The notes: generated by a model not told the origin, from the sequence alone. Shown: positions 45,165-55,258, numbered from the stretch's first letter. The stretch is 64,000 nucleotides of DNA from Bacteroidales bacterium UBA1754 (GCA_002315615.1 DCHK01000069.1:5333-69332); one strand, 5' to 3'. Numbers and translations: made by a program.

Positions 45165-45404
45165 TCAAATTTTCTGTTTCTTGTTGTTTTCTTCTAAAAA
45201 TTCTTCATATAGTGCGACATTTCCCAAATGCCAGAATTTAGTTTCTTCATTTTCTAATTTATAGTACGTTTCGGAACAATAAAAATCGTGTAAGGCTTGC
45301 ATCGAAGAAATGTGTTTTTCTTCGGCAATCAATTGTGCCACAGCAGAGATTTTGCCAGGTAAAAGTAGAAACAAATTTCCATTTGTAATAGTTGGGATAG
45401 TCAT
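45165..45404 (-). CDS. Small DUF3791-like protein (79 aa)
   Basis: ATGA overlap with the upstream DUF3990 gene. The helical pattern SMQALHDFYCSETYYKLENEETKFWHLGNVALYEEFLEE resembles the second type of DUF3791 proteins found next to DUF3990. Confidence 0.6.
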   Translation of the reverse strand: MTIPTITNGNLFLLLPGKISAVAQLIAEEKHISSMQALHDFYCSETYYKLENEETKFWHLGNVALYEEFLEENNKKQKI

Positions 45405-45877
45405 GATTTTATCAATTTTGCTTCTATAAAAGTTAAACTTTGCAAAGCCTTTTGCGTATGAAATAAAATTTGATCTACCAAATCGTATGTTTTTAGTTGC
45501 AAAATGAGTGTCGGTTTGTCAATGAAACCTTGCTCGTACAACGAAAAGCATGCATAAACACGGTCATTAGCAACGGGTCCCAAAACGACATCATATTCGT
45601 GAGAAAATCCTTTTTGCGTTCTGTTTTTCATCACGAAATCAATCCATTGTTCGTTTGGTTTTTCAAAAATATTTTTTTTCAAAATAAAGTTTTCGTCCCA
45701 ATTGTATATGTTCACGTATCCAATATTTGATGTTTGAGTAAGCTTTCTGCGCACCCAACTTTCGGCTTGCTCAAAACTTGTGGTTGTATAAAAACCTGCA
45801 CCAAAATCAAGTGTGCGATTAGGTGGTAGTATTTGTGGTTTTTCTACAATGTTGGTACTTCCGTGATATATTATCAT
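45401..45877 (-). CDS. DUF3990 family protein with an ADP-ribosyltransferase-like H-Y-E motif pattern
   Basis: 158 aa. MIIYHGS, LDFGAGFYTTTSFEQA and FSHEYDVVLGPVAND. The HGS and GFYTT motifs are the family signature as I recall it. Confidence 0.7.
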   Translation of the reverse strand: MIIYHGSTNIVEKPQILPPNRTLDFGAGFYTTTSFEQAESWVRRKLTQTSNIGYVNIYNWDENFILKKNIFEKPNEQWIDFVMKNRTQKGFSHEYDVVLGPVANDRVYACFSLYEQGFIDKPTLILQLKTYDLVDQILFHTQKALQSLTFIEAKLIKS

Positions 45878-46086
45878 TGTTGGTTGTTGATTAAATTATC
45901 TATTTCTTCCATCAACCATTGCGCGCTTTGAGTGTGCAATATCTCGTAATTTTTGCTAAGGTAAGAGATAATATCGTATTTTTCAAAAAGTTCGAGCGTG
46001 TTTTTCCCATCAAGGTGTTTGTGCACTTTGTATTGTTCTATACAAAACGAAACAAAAAATAATATTTCACTTTCATTGTTCTTCAT
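45874..46086 (-). CDS. DUF3791 family protein (70 aa)
   Basis: ILFFVSFCIEQYKVHKHLDGKNTLELFEKYDIISYLSKNYEILHTQS matches the DUF3791 pattern. ATGA overlap with the DUF3990 gene. It starts 9 nt after the amylase gene stop. Confidence 0.7.
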   Translation of the reverse strand: MKNNESEILFFVSFCIEQYKVHKHLDGKNTLELFEKYDIISYLSKNYEILHTQSAQWLMEEIDNLINNQQ

Positions 46087-46095
46087 TGTTGTTTT

Positions 46096-47778
46096 TTAGA
46101 ACTTGTATTTCAAAATTTTCCCACTTTGTGCAGGCAAACTAACCTGAATGTGGCGCGTGAAATTTTCTTCTTTGCTGTTTTTGTCGAGCAAATTAACGGT
46201 TTTTCCCTTTTGCGCAGTTTCTATGTGTAAGAAATCAAGCACTTCGTCGGTAATATCTACAATGATTTCTGCTTCTTTATTGTTAAAATTGGCAACAACC
46301 ATAATTACTTCTTTGCCAGCGCAACGCAAAAATGCGTATTGATGTGCACTGTCGAAAAATGGATTTTCGTAGTTTAGCCACATCAAATCGTAAAAAACGC
46401 CTTCGCGTAATGCCTTTTCGCTATTAAGCAGTGGTATCAGTGTAGTGTAGAACTTGCGAATTTCTTTTTCGCTTTCGGTGAGTAGTTTTTCGTTGAAGTT
46501 GCCATTGTTTATCCATCGTGTAACGCAATCTACATTCCAATAGTCGAAAATGGTGGTGCGTCCGTCCAAACCACTGAAACCTTCTTTATTCATTCCCGCT
46601 TCTCCGAGTTCTTGCCCGAAGTAGAGTAGAAACGGATTTTTATTCATTGTGGCTGATACGATATTTGCTGCAAAACCCGCTTTTGCATTTTGTGCGAAAA
46701 AGTCTGAGGCAATACGTTGCTCGTCGTGGTTTTCAAGGAAATTGAGCATTCGTTCTTGTATGCCTTCATTGCTTTTCCAACAATTACTGATGTTGCTTGT
46801 CGGCGTTTCGCCTCGTGTAGCAGCACGCAGTGTATCGTAAAGTCCTACTTTGTCATATAAGTAGTCAAAATTGCCGTAATCCAAGAAGTTGCGATAAATG
46901 TTTGGATTGTAATTTTCTGCAATAAAAATAATTTTTGGGAATGCTTTTTTTACTTCGGCAATTGCCCAATGCCAAAATTCCACAGGAACCATTTCTGCCA
47001 TATCGCAACGAAATCCATCTACGCCTTTGGCTGCCCAAAAGAGCAAAATGTTGCACATTTTTTGCCAAGTGTCAGGAATTGGGTCGAAACAACGTTCGCC
47101 AGTGAAATAATTTATGCCATAATTTAGTTTTACGGTTTCGTACCAATCGTTGATGCTTGGGTGTGCGTGAAAACAATCGTTGCCTGTTGCTTTTGCTGGC
47201 ATTTCGAGATAATCGCCTTGTTGCTCATCGTGCAAACTGAACTGTGGAGCAAATGCTTCATTTTGAATGTAATAAAAATTATTGTGTGGAGCAAAACCTA
47301 AGTTTTGATTGTCAGTTTCGCCAAGGTCGTTGGTGCGTTTGTAGCGACTATCAGAATAATATTCGCGCGCCACGTGGTTTGGTACAAAATCTATGATAAC
47401 TTTCAAATCTGCGGCGTGCGAACGCTCAAGCAAATCTTCGAATTCGCTCATTCTTTTCTTTACGTTTTCTGCCAAGTCGGGCGAAACATCATAGTAGTCT
47501 TTCACTGCGTATGGCGAGCCTGCTTTCCCTTTTACTACTGCAGGGTGGTTGCGCTTGATGCCGTACGCTGTATAGTCGGTTTGTGTGGCGTGTTCTAATA
47601 TACCAGTGTACCAAATGTGGGTGAATCCCATCTTTTTTATCTCGGTGAGTGCTTTTTCGGTGAAAGCGTTAAATTTTCCGCAACCATTTTCTTCTATTGT
47701 GCCGTTTTCTATATTGGCATTTTTCTTGTTTCCAAAAAGTCGTGTAAACACTTGGTATATAACTACTTTTTCGCTCAT
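46096..47778 (-). CDS. GH13 alpha-amylase family protein (cytoplasmic)
   Basis: 560 aa with no signal peptide. VIYQVFTRLFGN, DFVPNH, GFRCDMAEMV and ENHDEQR are GH13 regions I-IV. Confidence 0.88.
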   Translation of the reverse strand: MSEKVVIYQVFTRLFGNKKNANIENGTIEENGCGKFNAFTEKALTEIKKMGFTHIWYTGILEHATQTDYTAYGIKRNHPAVVKGKAGSPYAVKDYYDVSPDLAENVKKRMSEFEDLLERSHAADLKVIIDFVPNHVAREYYSDSRYKRTNDLGETDNQNLGFAPHNNFYYIQNEAFAPQFSLHDEQQGDYLEMPAKATGNDCFHAHPSINDWYETVKLNYGINYFTGERCFDPIPDTWQKMCNILLFWAAKGVDGFRCDMAEMVPVEFWHWAIAEVKKAFPKIIFIAENYNPNIYRNFLDYGNFDYLYDKVGLYDTLRAATRGETPTSNISNCWKSNEGIQERMLNFLENHDEQRIASDFFAQNAKAGFAANIVSATMNKNPFLLYFGQELGEAGMNKEGFSGLDGRTTIFDYWNVDCVTRWINNGNFNEKLLTESEKEIRKFYTTLIPLLNSEKALREGVFYDLMWLNYENPFFDSAHQYAFLRCAGKEVIMVVANFNNKEAEIIVDITDEVLDFLHIETAQKGKTVNLLDKNSKEENFTRHIQVSLPAQSGKILKYKF

Positions 47779-47839
47779 TGTTAGATTCGTTGATTTTTAT
47801 AATTTGTTATTTGAACAACTCGCCCAATTTTTTTTTTGT

Positions 47840-49015
47840 TTATTCAACATATAGCACAAGCCCTTTCAAGTATTCGCCTTCTGGGTGATAAATGTTGATA
47901 GGGTGGTCGGCTGGTTGCGAAAGTTGATGCAAAATGCGCACATTTCTTTTTGACTGTGCTGCGGCACTGAAAACTGCCAAACGAAATTGCTCTTTGTTCA
48001 CTGCTTGCGAACAAGAGAAAGTGAAAAGTATTCCGCCTGGTTTTATTTGTTCAAAGGCTTTTGCATTCAGTTTTTTGTATCCTTGCAAAGCATTGCGCAA
48101 CACGTCTTTGTGTTTGGCAAATGCAGGTGGGTCAAGAATTATTAAGTCGTATTTGTCTTGTATATCGTCTAAAAACTTAAAGGCATCGGTTGTATAGGAA
48201 TGATGTCTTGGGTCGTTGCCAAAATTCATTGCAATGTTTTGGTTTACAATGTCTATCGCCTTACCAGAACTATCGACAGAATCTACACTGACTGCACCAC
48301 CGCGCATTGCGTAACAAGAAAAACCGCCCGTGTAGCAAAACATATTCAATACAGATTTTCCTTTGGAATATTTTTCGAGCAGACTGCGATTTTCGCGTTG
48401 GTCAATAAAAAATCCTGTTTTTTGTCCTTTTTCCCAATCTATTACGAATTTCAGACCATTTTCTATTGCTACATTGCTGTTGTTTTTGCCAAAGAGATAT
48501 TCGTTTCCGTTTTCTATTCCTGCTTTGTAGGGCAATGTAGTTTCCGATTTGTAGTAGATTGTTTTTATGCTGTCGCCAAGCACTTTGCGTATTGCTTCTG
48601 CAATTTCCTTACGCATATAGTGTATGCCTGCAGAGTGCGCTTGCATAATGGCGGTGCCATCATATATGTCAACAATGAGTCCTGGAATGGCATCGCCTTC
48701 GCCGTGAATAAGGCGAAAAGTATTGTTGTCATCGCGAAGCAATCCTAACGATTGACGAACTTCGTAGGCCTTTCGTATGCGGTTTTCCCAATAGTTTTTA
48801 TCAATATTTGCGTCTTCAAAAGACAAAATTCTGACAGCGATGCTACTGTTTTGAAAATGTCCGACGCCCATATAATTGTGTTGCGAATCGAAGACTTGCA
48901 CAAGGTCGCCTTCTTCGACTTTGCCTTTTATTTTTTTGATAGCACCAGAAAAAACCCAAGGATGAAATCTTTTCAGACTTTCTTCTTTGCCTTCTTTTAG
49001 AATAATTTCAGTCAT
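47840..49015 (-). CDS. rlmI: 23S rRNA (cytosine1962-C5)-methyltransferase RlmI-like
   Basis: KEGKEESLKRFHPWVFSGAI (PUA-like N-terminus), SAM motif VLNMFCYTGGFS, and ILDPPAF. The start is trimmed to the ATG at 49015; 49042 is TTG. Confidence 0.88.
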   Translation of the reverse strand: MTEIILKEGKEESLKRFHPWVFSGAIKKIKGKVEEGDLVQVFDSQHNYMGVGHFQNSSIAVRILSFEDANIDKNYWENRIRKAYEVRQSLGLLRDDNNTFRLIHGEGDAIPGLIVDIYDGTAIMQAHSAGIHYMRKEIAEAIRKVLGDSIKTIYYKSETTLPYKAGIENGNEYLFGKNNSNVAIENGLKFVIDWEKGQKTGFFIDQRENRSLLEKYSKGKSVLNMFCYTGGFSCYAMRGGAVSVDSVDSSGKAIDIVNQNIAMNFGNDPRHHSYTTDAFKFLDDIQDKYDLIILDPPAFAKHKDVLRNALQGYKKLNAKAFEQIKPGGILFTFSCSQAVNKEQFRLAVFSAAAQSKRNVRILHQLSQPADHPINIYHPEGEYLKGLVLYVE

Positions 49016-49048
49016 AGACAGAAAATGAGAGACGAGAATCAAGAAAAT

Positions 49049-49083
49049 AGGAGCAAGAGACGATTTTGTCGTTTCTCGCTCCT
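49049..49083 (-). terminator. Probable rho-independent terminator downstream of the phosphoglucomutase gene
   Basis: 15-bp stem 49049-49063/49069-49083 with one mismatch and one wobble, followed on the minus strand by ATTTTCTT. Confidence 0.5.
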
Positions 49084-49099
49084 TGTTTTTTGTTTACTG

Positions 49100-50836
49100 T
49101 TAAATGTTTAGTGATTTTATAACGGCTTCTACTTTTTGCTCGGCAGCTTTGCTTGCTTTTTCGTAGTCGCTCGCTTGTTTCATTTCGCCTTTCACTTCGA
49201 TGTAGAACTTAATTTTTGGTTCGGTTCCCGAAGGACGTACCGAAACTTTCGTGCCATCTGCAGTGAAATATTGAAGCACATTCGATGTGTCTGGCATTTT
49301 CAAATCGCTTTCTTTGCCGTTTGCAACTTGTTTTAACGTTTTGAAGTCCTTGGCAATTGTTACTGGCGAACCTGCAATTTCTTTTGGTGGGTTTTGACGG
49401 AAATTTTCCATCATTGCTTTGATTTCTTCTGCACCACTTTTACCAGGTTTGGTTATGCTTACGGCTTTTTCCATTTGGAATCCGTAGTCCATATAAATTT
49501 GCATAAGCAATTGATAAAGAGACATTCCGTTGTCTTTTGCCCAAGCGGCAATTTCGCTGATAAGGCAGATTGATGCGGGAGAATCTTTGTCTCGAACTTT
49601 GTCGTATGGCAAGAAACCGAAAGATTCTTCGCCACCGCCGATGTATTTTTCTTTTCCTTCGAGTTCACGAATACGATATGCAATCCATTTGAAACCAGTA
49701 AATTCGTCGTAAAGTTTAATGTTGTTTTTATCTGCTATTTCTCTGATAAGTTCTGATGTTACAATAGTTTTCACCAAGAATTCGTTGCCTTTTAGTTTGC
49801 CCAATTTTTTCATATTGGTGATGATGTAGTAGCAGAACATCATACAAGTTTGGTTGCCGTTGATGATAACCCATTTGCCCTTGTCGTCGCGACAAACAAT
49901 TGCCAAGCGGTCGGCATCGGGGTCTGAAGCAATTACGAGGTCGGCATTCACTTTTGTACCGAGACTCATACCCATTGTCATTGCTTCGGAGTTTTCTGGG
50001 TTTGGCGATTTTACTGTCGAGAAATTGCCATCAATTACCATTTGTTCTGGTACTACGTGTATGTTTTGGAATCCCCAAGAACGCAAGCAAAGAGGAATTA
50101 TAACACGTCCTGTGCCGTGCAGTGGCGAGTAAACGATGTTCAAATCTTTCTGGCGAAGAATAACGTCTTGGTCAACCATTGCTTCTTTAACAGCCATCAT
50201 ATAATCGTAATCCATTTCGCCACCAATGATTTCAATTAAATCTTTGTTTGGTTCAAATTTTACGTCTTCAACTTTTACTTTGTTCACTTCGTCGATAATG
50301 CCTGTGTCGTGTGGAGCAAGTACTTGTGCACCGTCTTCCCAATATGCTTTGTATCCGTTGTATTCTTTAGGGTTGTGGCTTGCGGTGATATTTACACCCG
50401 CTTGGCAGCCAAGTTGACGTATGGCGAAAGAAATTTCTGGTGTTGGTCGTAAACTTTCAAACAAATACACTTTGATGCCATTTGCAGAGAAAATATTTGC
50501 TACAGTTTCGGCAAACAAGCGACTGTTGTTTCGGCAATCGTGACCGACAACTACGCTACATTTTTTGCCTTTAAATGCTTTGTTTATATAGTTGGCAAAC
50601 CCTTGAGTTGCCATACCTACCACGTATTTGTTCATACGGTTGGTTCCTGCGCCCATTGTGCCACGCAAACCACCAGTACCAAATTCAAGCGTTCTGTAAA
50701 ATGCGTCAATAAGTTCTGTTTTATCTGCATTTTGCATCATTCGCTTTACTTCTTTCTTTGTCTCTTCGTCGAAATTGCCATTTAGCCATACGTTGGCAAC
50801 TTTTTCGACTTCGGCAAGTAATTCTTTGTTTTCCAT
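49100..50836 (-). CDS. Phosphoglucomutase / phospho-sugar mutase (PgcA-like)
   Basis: 578 aa. Active-site loop ITASHNPKEYNGYK, metal-binding ASDPDADR and sugar-binding GGEESFG. Confidence 0.9.
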   Translation of the reverse strand: MENKELLAEVEKVANVWLNGNFDEETKKEVKRMMQNADKTELIDAFYRTLEFGTGGLRGTMGAGTNRMNKYVVGMATQGFANYINKAFKGKKCSVVVGHDCRNNSRLFAETVANIFSANGIKVYLFESLRPTPEISFAIRQLGCQAGVNITASHNPKEYNGYKAYWEDGAQVLAPHDTGIIDEVNKVKVEDVKFEPNKDLIEIIGGEMDYDYMMAVKEAMVDQDVILRQKDLNIVYSPLHGTGRVIIPLCLRSWGFQNIHVVPEQMVIDGNFSTVKSPNPENSEAMTMGMSLGTKVNADLVIASDPDADRLAIVCRDDKGKWVIINGNQTCMMFCYYIITNMKKLGKLKGNEFLVKTIVTSELIREIADKNNIKLYDEFTGFKWIAYRIRELEGKEKYIGGGEESFGFLPYDKVRDKDSPASICLISEIAAWAKDNGMSLYQLLMQIYMDYGFQMEKAVSITKPGKSGAEEIKAMMENFRQNPPKEIAGSPVTIAKDFKTLKQVANGKESDLKMPDTSNVLQYFTADGTKVSVRPSGTEPKIKFYIEVKGEMKQASDYEKASKAAEQKVEAVIKSLNI

Positions 50837-50935
50837 ATAGTTATTAGTTTTAATTTGTCAATTTTAGTTTGTATTTTCAAATGTAATGAAAATAAATGAA
50901 AAAAAAGCAATTGTTCTGTTAAAATTAGTGAGCAC

Positions 50936-50972
50936 AACAAAAAAGCCATCTGAAAAAATTCAAATGGCTTTT
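50936..50972 (-). terminator. Rho-independent terminator downstream of the glucan phosphorylase gene
   Basis: Stem aaaagccat (50941-50949) pairs with atggctttt (50964-50972). The plus-strand A-run gives a U-run on the minus strand. Confidence 0.55.
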
Positions 50973-50996
50973 TATCGTAGTATGTATTTCTAAAAA

Positions 50997-53555
50997 TTAG
51001 AACCAGCGTACATAGCAGAAATCTTGTTTGTGTGGAAGATCTGCGTTTTTAGGCAAAATACGGAATGCGTATTTGTATTGTCCTGCAACATCGCAAGAAT
51101 CTTCGAGAGAGAAGGTAAGTTTTGAACCTTCTGTTTTGTCAAGTTTCCAAGGAATAATGTTGTTTAATGTCGTTTTACCTTGTTCGTCGGTAGTGGTTAC
51201 TACAGACTCAACAGAAATAGAATCGGCAGGCATATTCTTGGCATCAATAACAACTTGAAGACTTATTAACTCGCTGATTTTGTTAGAAGTTGGAATTTTG
51301 TTTTCAAAAGAAACAATTTCAATTTGCTCCCAATTTGCTGCGAAAGTTTCTTTCCAGTTAGCGATTTCAATTGCTTTTGCATAGTTGTTTGCGTTCAATT
51401 TCTTCGAACGTGCACCAAGTTTAGAATAGAAACGTTCGATATAGTCATCCAACATACGTTTTGTAGTGTAATGTGGAGTGATTTGTGCAAATGAATTTTT
51501 GATGTATTGTACCCACTCAGGAGAGAATCCTTTTGTGTTTTTAGCGTAATACAAAGGAATAATTTGGTTTTCGAGCATACTGTAGATAGTAGCGGCATCC
51601 AATTGGTCTTGGTAACCTTGGTCTGCGTATGTACGTTTTTCAGTCAATGCCCAACCTGCTTCTTTGCGGTAACCTTCGTACCACCATCCATCAAGCACAG
51701 AGAAGTTCAATGTACCATTCATCAATGCTTTTTCGCCAGAAGTACCAGATGCTTCGAGTGGACGAGTAGGAGTGTTCAACCAAATATCCACACCAGAAAT
51801 CAATCGTTTTGCCAATTTCATATCGTAGTTTTCCAAGAAAAGAACTTTACCTACAAACTGTGGCATACGAGAAATTTCGATGATACGTTTGATAAGACCT
51901 TTACCACCACCATCTGCTGGGTGTGCTTTACCAGTGAAGATGAATTGAATTGGGCGATCTGGGTTGTTGACGATTTTTTCCAAACGAGCCAAATCTGTAA
52001 ACAAAAGGTGTGCACGTTTGTATGTTGCAAAACGACGTCCGAAACCGATTGTCAAAGCATTAGGGTTGATTTTTTCAAGAATAGAAACTACTTGAGCAGG
52101 ATTTCCTTGATTCTTCAACCAATTTTCTTTGAAATTGATGCGGATATAATCAATCAATTTATTTTTCAATTGAGATTTGATTGCCCAAATTTTTTCGTCG
52201 GTAACTTTGTAGATGTCTTCCCAAATTTTTTCGTTAGATTGGTCTGACATAAATTTGGCATCGAAAGATTTTTTGTAAAGTTCTTTCCACTCGCTTGCAG
52301 CCCAAGTTGGCATATGAACACCATTTGTTACATAACCTACGTGAGATTCTTCAGCGAAAAGTCCTTGCCAAATACCTTGGAACATATTTTGTGATACTTT
52401 TCCGTGCAACCAGCTAACGCCGTTCACTTCTTGAGACATATTACAAGCGAAAACACTCATTGAGAATTTTTCTTGTTTGTTTCCTGGTATATAACGTCCA
52501 AGATCCATCAATTCGTCCCAAGAAATTTGCATTTGTGCAGGATATTTGTTCATATATTTGTAGAACAAACCTTCGTCGAAACTATCGTGACCAGCAGGAA
52601 CTGGCGTGTGAGTAGTGTAAAGCGAAGAAGCACGAATCACTTCTTTTGCTTGGTTGAATGTCAATTTTGTAGAAGCCATCAAATCGCACATACGTTGGAT
52701 ATTGATGAATGCTGCGTGACCTTCGTTGCAGTGATAAACATCTTTTTTGATTCCTAATTTGTTCAAAGCCAAAATACCACCGATACCCAACATAATTTCT
52801 TGTTTGATACGGTTTTCCCAGTCGCCACCATAAAGTTGGTGAGTGATGAAACGGTCGGCTTCGCTATTGCGTTCGTTTTCGGTATCGAGCAAATAAAGAG
52901 CGATACGACCAACGGCAACTTTCCAAAGATTTGCGTAAACAATGCGATCTTCGTATGGAACTTCAACTTGCAAAGCAGAACCATCGGCATTCATAACTTG
53001 CTCGATAGGAAGCGAATGGAATTGTTGTTTGTCGTAAACTGCAATTTGGTCGCCGTCCATAGAGAGTGCTTGTGTGAAGTATCCGTAACTATAAAGGAAA
53101 CCAACTGCAACCATATCTACATTGCAGTCGCTGGCTTCTTTCAAATAGTCACCAGCCAATACGCCGAGACCACCAGAATAGATTTTCAAAATGTCGGTCA
53201 AACCATATTCCATACTGAAGTATGCAACAGAAGTTTTGCTTGCATCTGGTTTTTCGTCCATATATTTTCTAAAGTCTGAGTAAACTTTTTCAAGTTTTTT
53301 CAAGAATTCAGTGTCTTTAGAAACTTCTTCCAATTTGTTGTAGGAAATTTTTTGCAAGAAAAGAACAGGGTTTTCTCCACAAGCAATGTATTTCTCGTTG
53401 TCGATAGAACGGAACAAATCTTGTGCTTCTTCATTCCAAACCCACCATAGGTTTTTCGACAATTCTAATAATTTTGTTAATCCAGCAGGAACAACAGAGC
53501 CAATGGTAACTTCGCGCCAATTTGGCTGATTTGATGAGCATGCGTTGATTCTCAT
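50997..53555 (-). CDS. glgP: Alpha-glucan phosphorylase (GT35) with an N-terminal DUF3417-type domain
   Basis: 852 aa. [17 protein letters not shown] (DUF3417-like N-terminus), YFSMEYG and [16 protein letters not shown], and the PLP region [14 protein letters not shown]. Confidence 0.92.
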   Translation of the reverse strand: MRINACSSNQPNWREVTIGSVVPAGLTKLLELSKNLWWVWNEEAQDLFRSIDNEKYIACGENPVLFLQKISYNKLEEVSKDTEFLKKLEKVYSDFRKYMDEKPDASKTSVAYFSMEYGLTDILKIYSGGLGVLAGDYLKEASDCNVDMVAVGFLYSYGYFTQALSMDGDQIAVYDKQQFHSLPIEQVMNADGSALQVEVPYEDRIVYANLWKVAVGRIALYLLDTENERNSEADRFITHQLYGGDWENRIKQEIMLGIGGILALNKLGIKKDVYHCNEGHAAFINIQRMCDLMASTKLTFNQAKEVIRASSLYTTHTPVPAGHDSFDEGLFYKYMNKYPAQMQISWDELMDLGRYIPGNKQEKFSMSVFACNMSQEVNGVSWLHGKVSQNMFQGIWQGLFAEESHVGYVTNGVHMPTWAASEWKELYKKSFDAKFMSDQSNEKIWEDIYKVTDEKIWAIKSQLKNKLIDYIRINFKENWLKNQGNPAQVVSILEKINPNALTIGFGRRFATYKRAHLLFTDLARLEKIVNNPDRPIQFIFTGKAHPADGGGKGLIKRIIEISRMPQFVGKVLFLENYDMKLAKRLISGVDIWLNTPTRPLEASGTSGEKALMNGTLNFSVLDGWWYEGYRKEAGWALTEKRTYADQGYQDQLDAATIYSMLENQIIPLYYAKNTKGFSPEWVQYIKNSFAQITPHYTTKRMLDDYIERFYSKLGARSKKLNANNYAKAIEIANWKETFAANWEQIEIVSFENKIPTSNKISELISLQVVIDAKNMPADSISVESVVTTTDEQGKTTLNNIIPWKLDKTEGSKLTFSLEDSCDVAGQYKYAFRILPKNADLPHKQDFCYVRWF

Positions 53556-53570
53556 AATTTGTTAATTTAA

Positions 53571-55223
53571 TTAGTTTTTATTTTGTTTATTATTTGATAA
53601 TGCAATATGATATGCCTCTTTGTAATATTGAATAAAGTTTGCCCAAAGCGCACTTTGTGCAAACTTGTTTACGCGTTTACAGGTGGCTTTAAGTTTAGTG
53701 TGGTTTAGGTGGCAAAAATTATAAACTTCGCCTTCCATTTCGCGAACCACTTCGTCGTAGTTGTTGTCGGTACGATGTGCAACCACTACACCATTTTCGA
53801 TACCGAGACTTTCTGAATTTTCTTTCACCCAAAGTCCAAAACCAGACAAGTCGGTCGTTATAGTAGGTATTGAAAAAGCAGCACTTTCGAGTGGTGTATA
53901 TCCCCAAGGCTCGTAATACGAAGGGAAAATTGTAAGGTCAAAACCTATAAGCAAATTGTAATAATTCAAATTGAAGACTTGGTCTTTTCCGTCGAGGTAC
54001 GAAGGAACGAAGATGAATTTTACACGTTGATCGGGTTTGTTCAACTTTGGAATGGACATCAACTGATTGCTGACAGGATCTTGGTCGGGATAATAAAGTT
54101 CGTGTGTGCAAAAAGAGTCTTTAACTTTAACGTCACTATAAGGATCTTGCAATTTTTGCACTAAATCCAACCTTGGTCCCATTGCGTAACCCGGAACCAT
54201 AATGAACGCTATCACTTCTTTTGGCAAATCGGTGCGCTTGTTCAGTAGTTTCATTGTGTCAATAAAGGCATTGATACCTTTATTTTTATATTCGTATCTG
54301 CCACTTGTGGCAATGAATATAGTATTGTCTGTGTCAATTTCTTCTTTCAAAATCACTTCGGCTACACTCGTGAGTTTTTTGCGTGCATCGCGACGCATCA
54401 GTCTGTAGTGCATTGTTTGCGGAATGAAATCGTTGTCGAAACCATTTGGCAATACTTTGTCAATTTTGCGTTCTAAAAGTTGTTCGCACTCCATAGCCGT
54501 GATGTCGCTCACAGTGGTGAAGCAATCTGCGTTTTGTGCAGAGGCATATTCTACCGAAAATTTTGATTGCAAATTCAGCTCTTCTGACATTTGTTTGCCG
54601 TTGAATCCTGCAAGGTGCGAGTAGAGTGGTTTTTCGTGTTCTGCAATGGAACGACCAACAGCGGTGGCGTGTGTTGTGAAAATTGTTGCCGCTTCGGGGA
54701 AATAGTGTTTCAAATAAAGTTCGCCGAAACCGGTTTGCCATTCGTTAAAATGAGCGATTATGTTTTTGTCTTCTATGTGGTGGTATCTGCAATAATGCTC
54801 AATTACCATACCAGCAGCATATCCAAAAATTGAACTATCATCGTAATCGCCATATCCGTGTAGAGAATCTACGCCAAATAATTCCCAAAATTTTCCGTAG
54901 ATTTCGTTTTTCTTTTCAAAAATAGGTTTGTAGTCGATAAGAATTGCAGAAGGGTGTCCGTGTGTTGCCCAAGTGCCGATTTCTATTTTTAATCCTAAGT
55001 CATTTTTTACTGCTTTTCGCCATTCATTCAGTGCGCTACTATTTTTCGAAAAATATTGTTCCGAAGTTGAGCCTAAATTTGGTCCAATAAAAAATAAACG
55101 TCCTTTGTATTCGCTGTTAAGTACTCTTGCTCTTGATGACAATACTGTGTATATGCCACCTACTTTATTGCATACTTCCCAACTTGCTTCGAAAATATAG
55201 TCGGGGGTTAGTAACTCTTTCAT
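53571..55223 (-). CDS. Glycogen synthase, eukaryote-like GT3 family
   Basis: 550 aa. The N-terminus IFEASWEVCNKVGGIYTVLSSRA parallels the EVANKVGGIYTV motif of GT3 glycogen synthases. YEPWGYTPLE lies near the C-terminus. Confidence 0.88.
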   Translation of the reverse strand: MKELLTPDYIFEASWEVCNKVGGIYTVLSSRARVLNSEYKGRLFFIGPNLGSTSEQYFSKNSSALNEWRKAVKNDLGLKIEIGTWATHGHPSAILIDYKPIFEKKNEIYGKFWELFGVDSLHGYGDYDDSSIFGYAAGMVIEHYCRYHHIEDKNIIAHFNEWQTGFGELYLKHYFPEAATIFTTHATAVGRSIAEHEKPLYSHLAGFNGKQMSEELNLQSKFSVEYASAQNADCFTTVSDITAMECEQLLERKIDKVLPNGFDNDFIPQTMHYRLMRRDARKKLTSVAEVILKEEIDTDNTIFIATSGRYEYKNKGINAFIDTMKLLNKRTDLPKEVIAFIMVPGYAMGPRLDLVQKLQDPYSDVKVKDSFCTHELYYPDQDPVSNQLMSIPKLNKPDQRVKFIFVPSYLDGKDQVFNLNYYNLLIGFDLTIFPSYYEPWGYTPLESAAFSIPTITTDLSGFGLWVKENSESLGIENGVVVAHRTDNNYDEVVREMEGEVYNFCHLNHTKLKATCKRVNKFAQSALWANFIQYYKEAYHIALSNNKQNKN

Positions 55224-55250
55224 TCGTGTAGTCTATCTTAAAAATATTTA

Positions 55251-55258
55251 CAAAAATA
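55251..55258 (-). promoter_or_regulatory. -7 promoter element (TATTTTTG) for the glycogen synthase / phosphorylase genes
   Basis: TAnnTTTG match on the minus strand, 28 nt upstream of the ATG at 55223. Confidence 0.4.

Noticed and set aside
43037-46095. The islet as a bona fide mobile element (ICE, prophage remnant or transposon).
   Set aside because: I found no integrase, transposase or relaxase, no terminal inverted repeats and no flanking direct repeats by eye. The tRNA-Arg gene is 33 kb away. I report it only as a compositionally distinct accessory islet.
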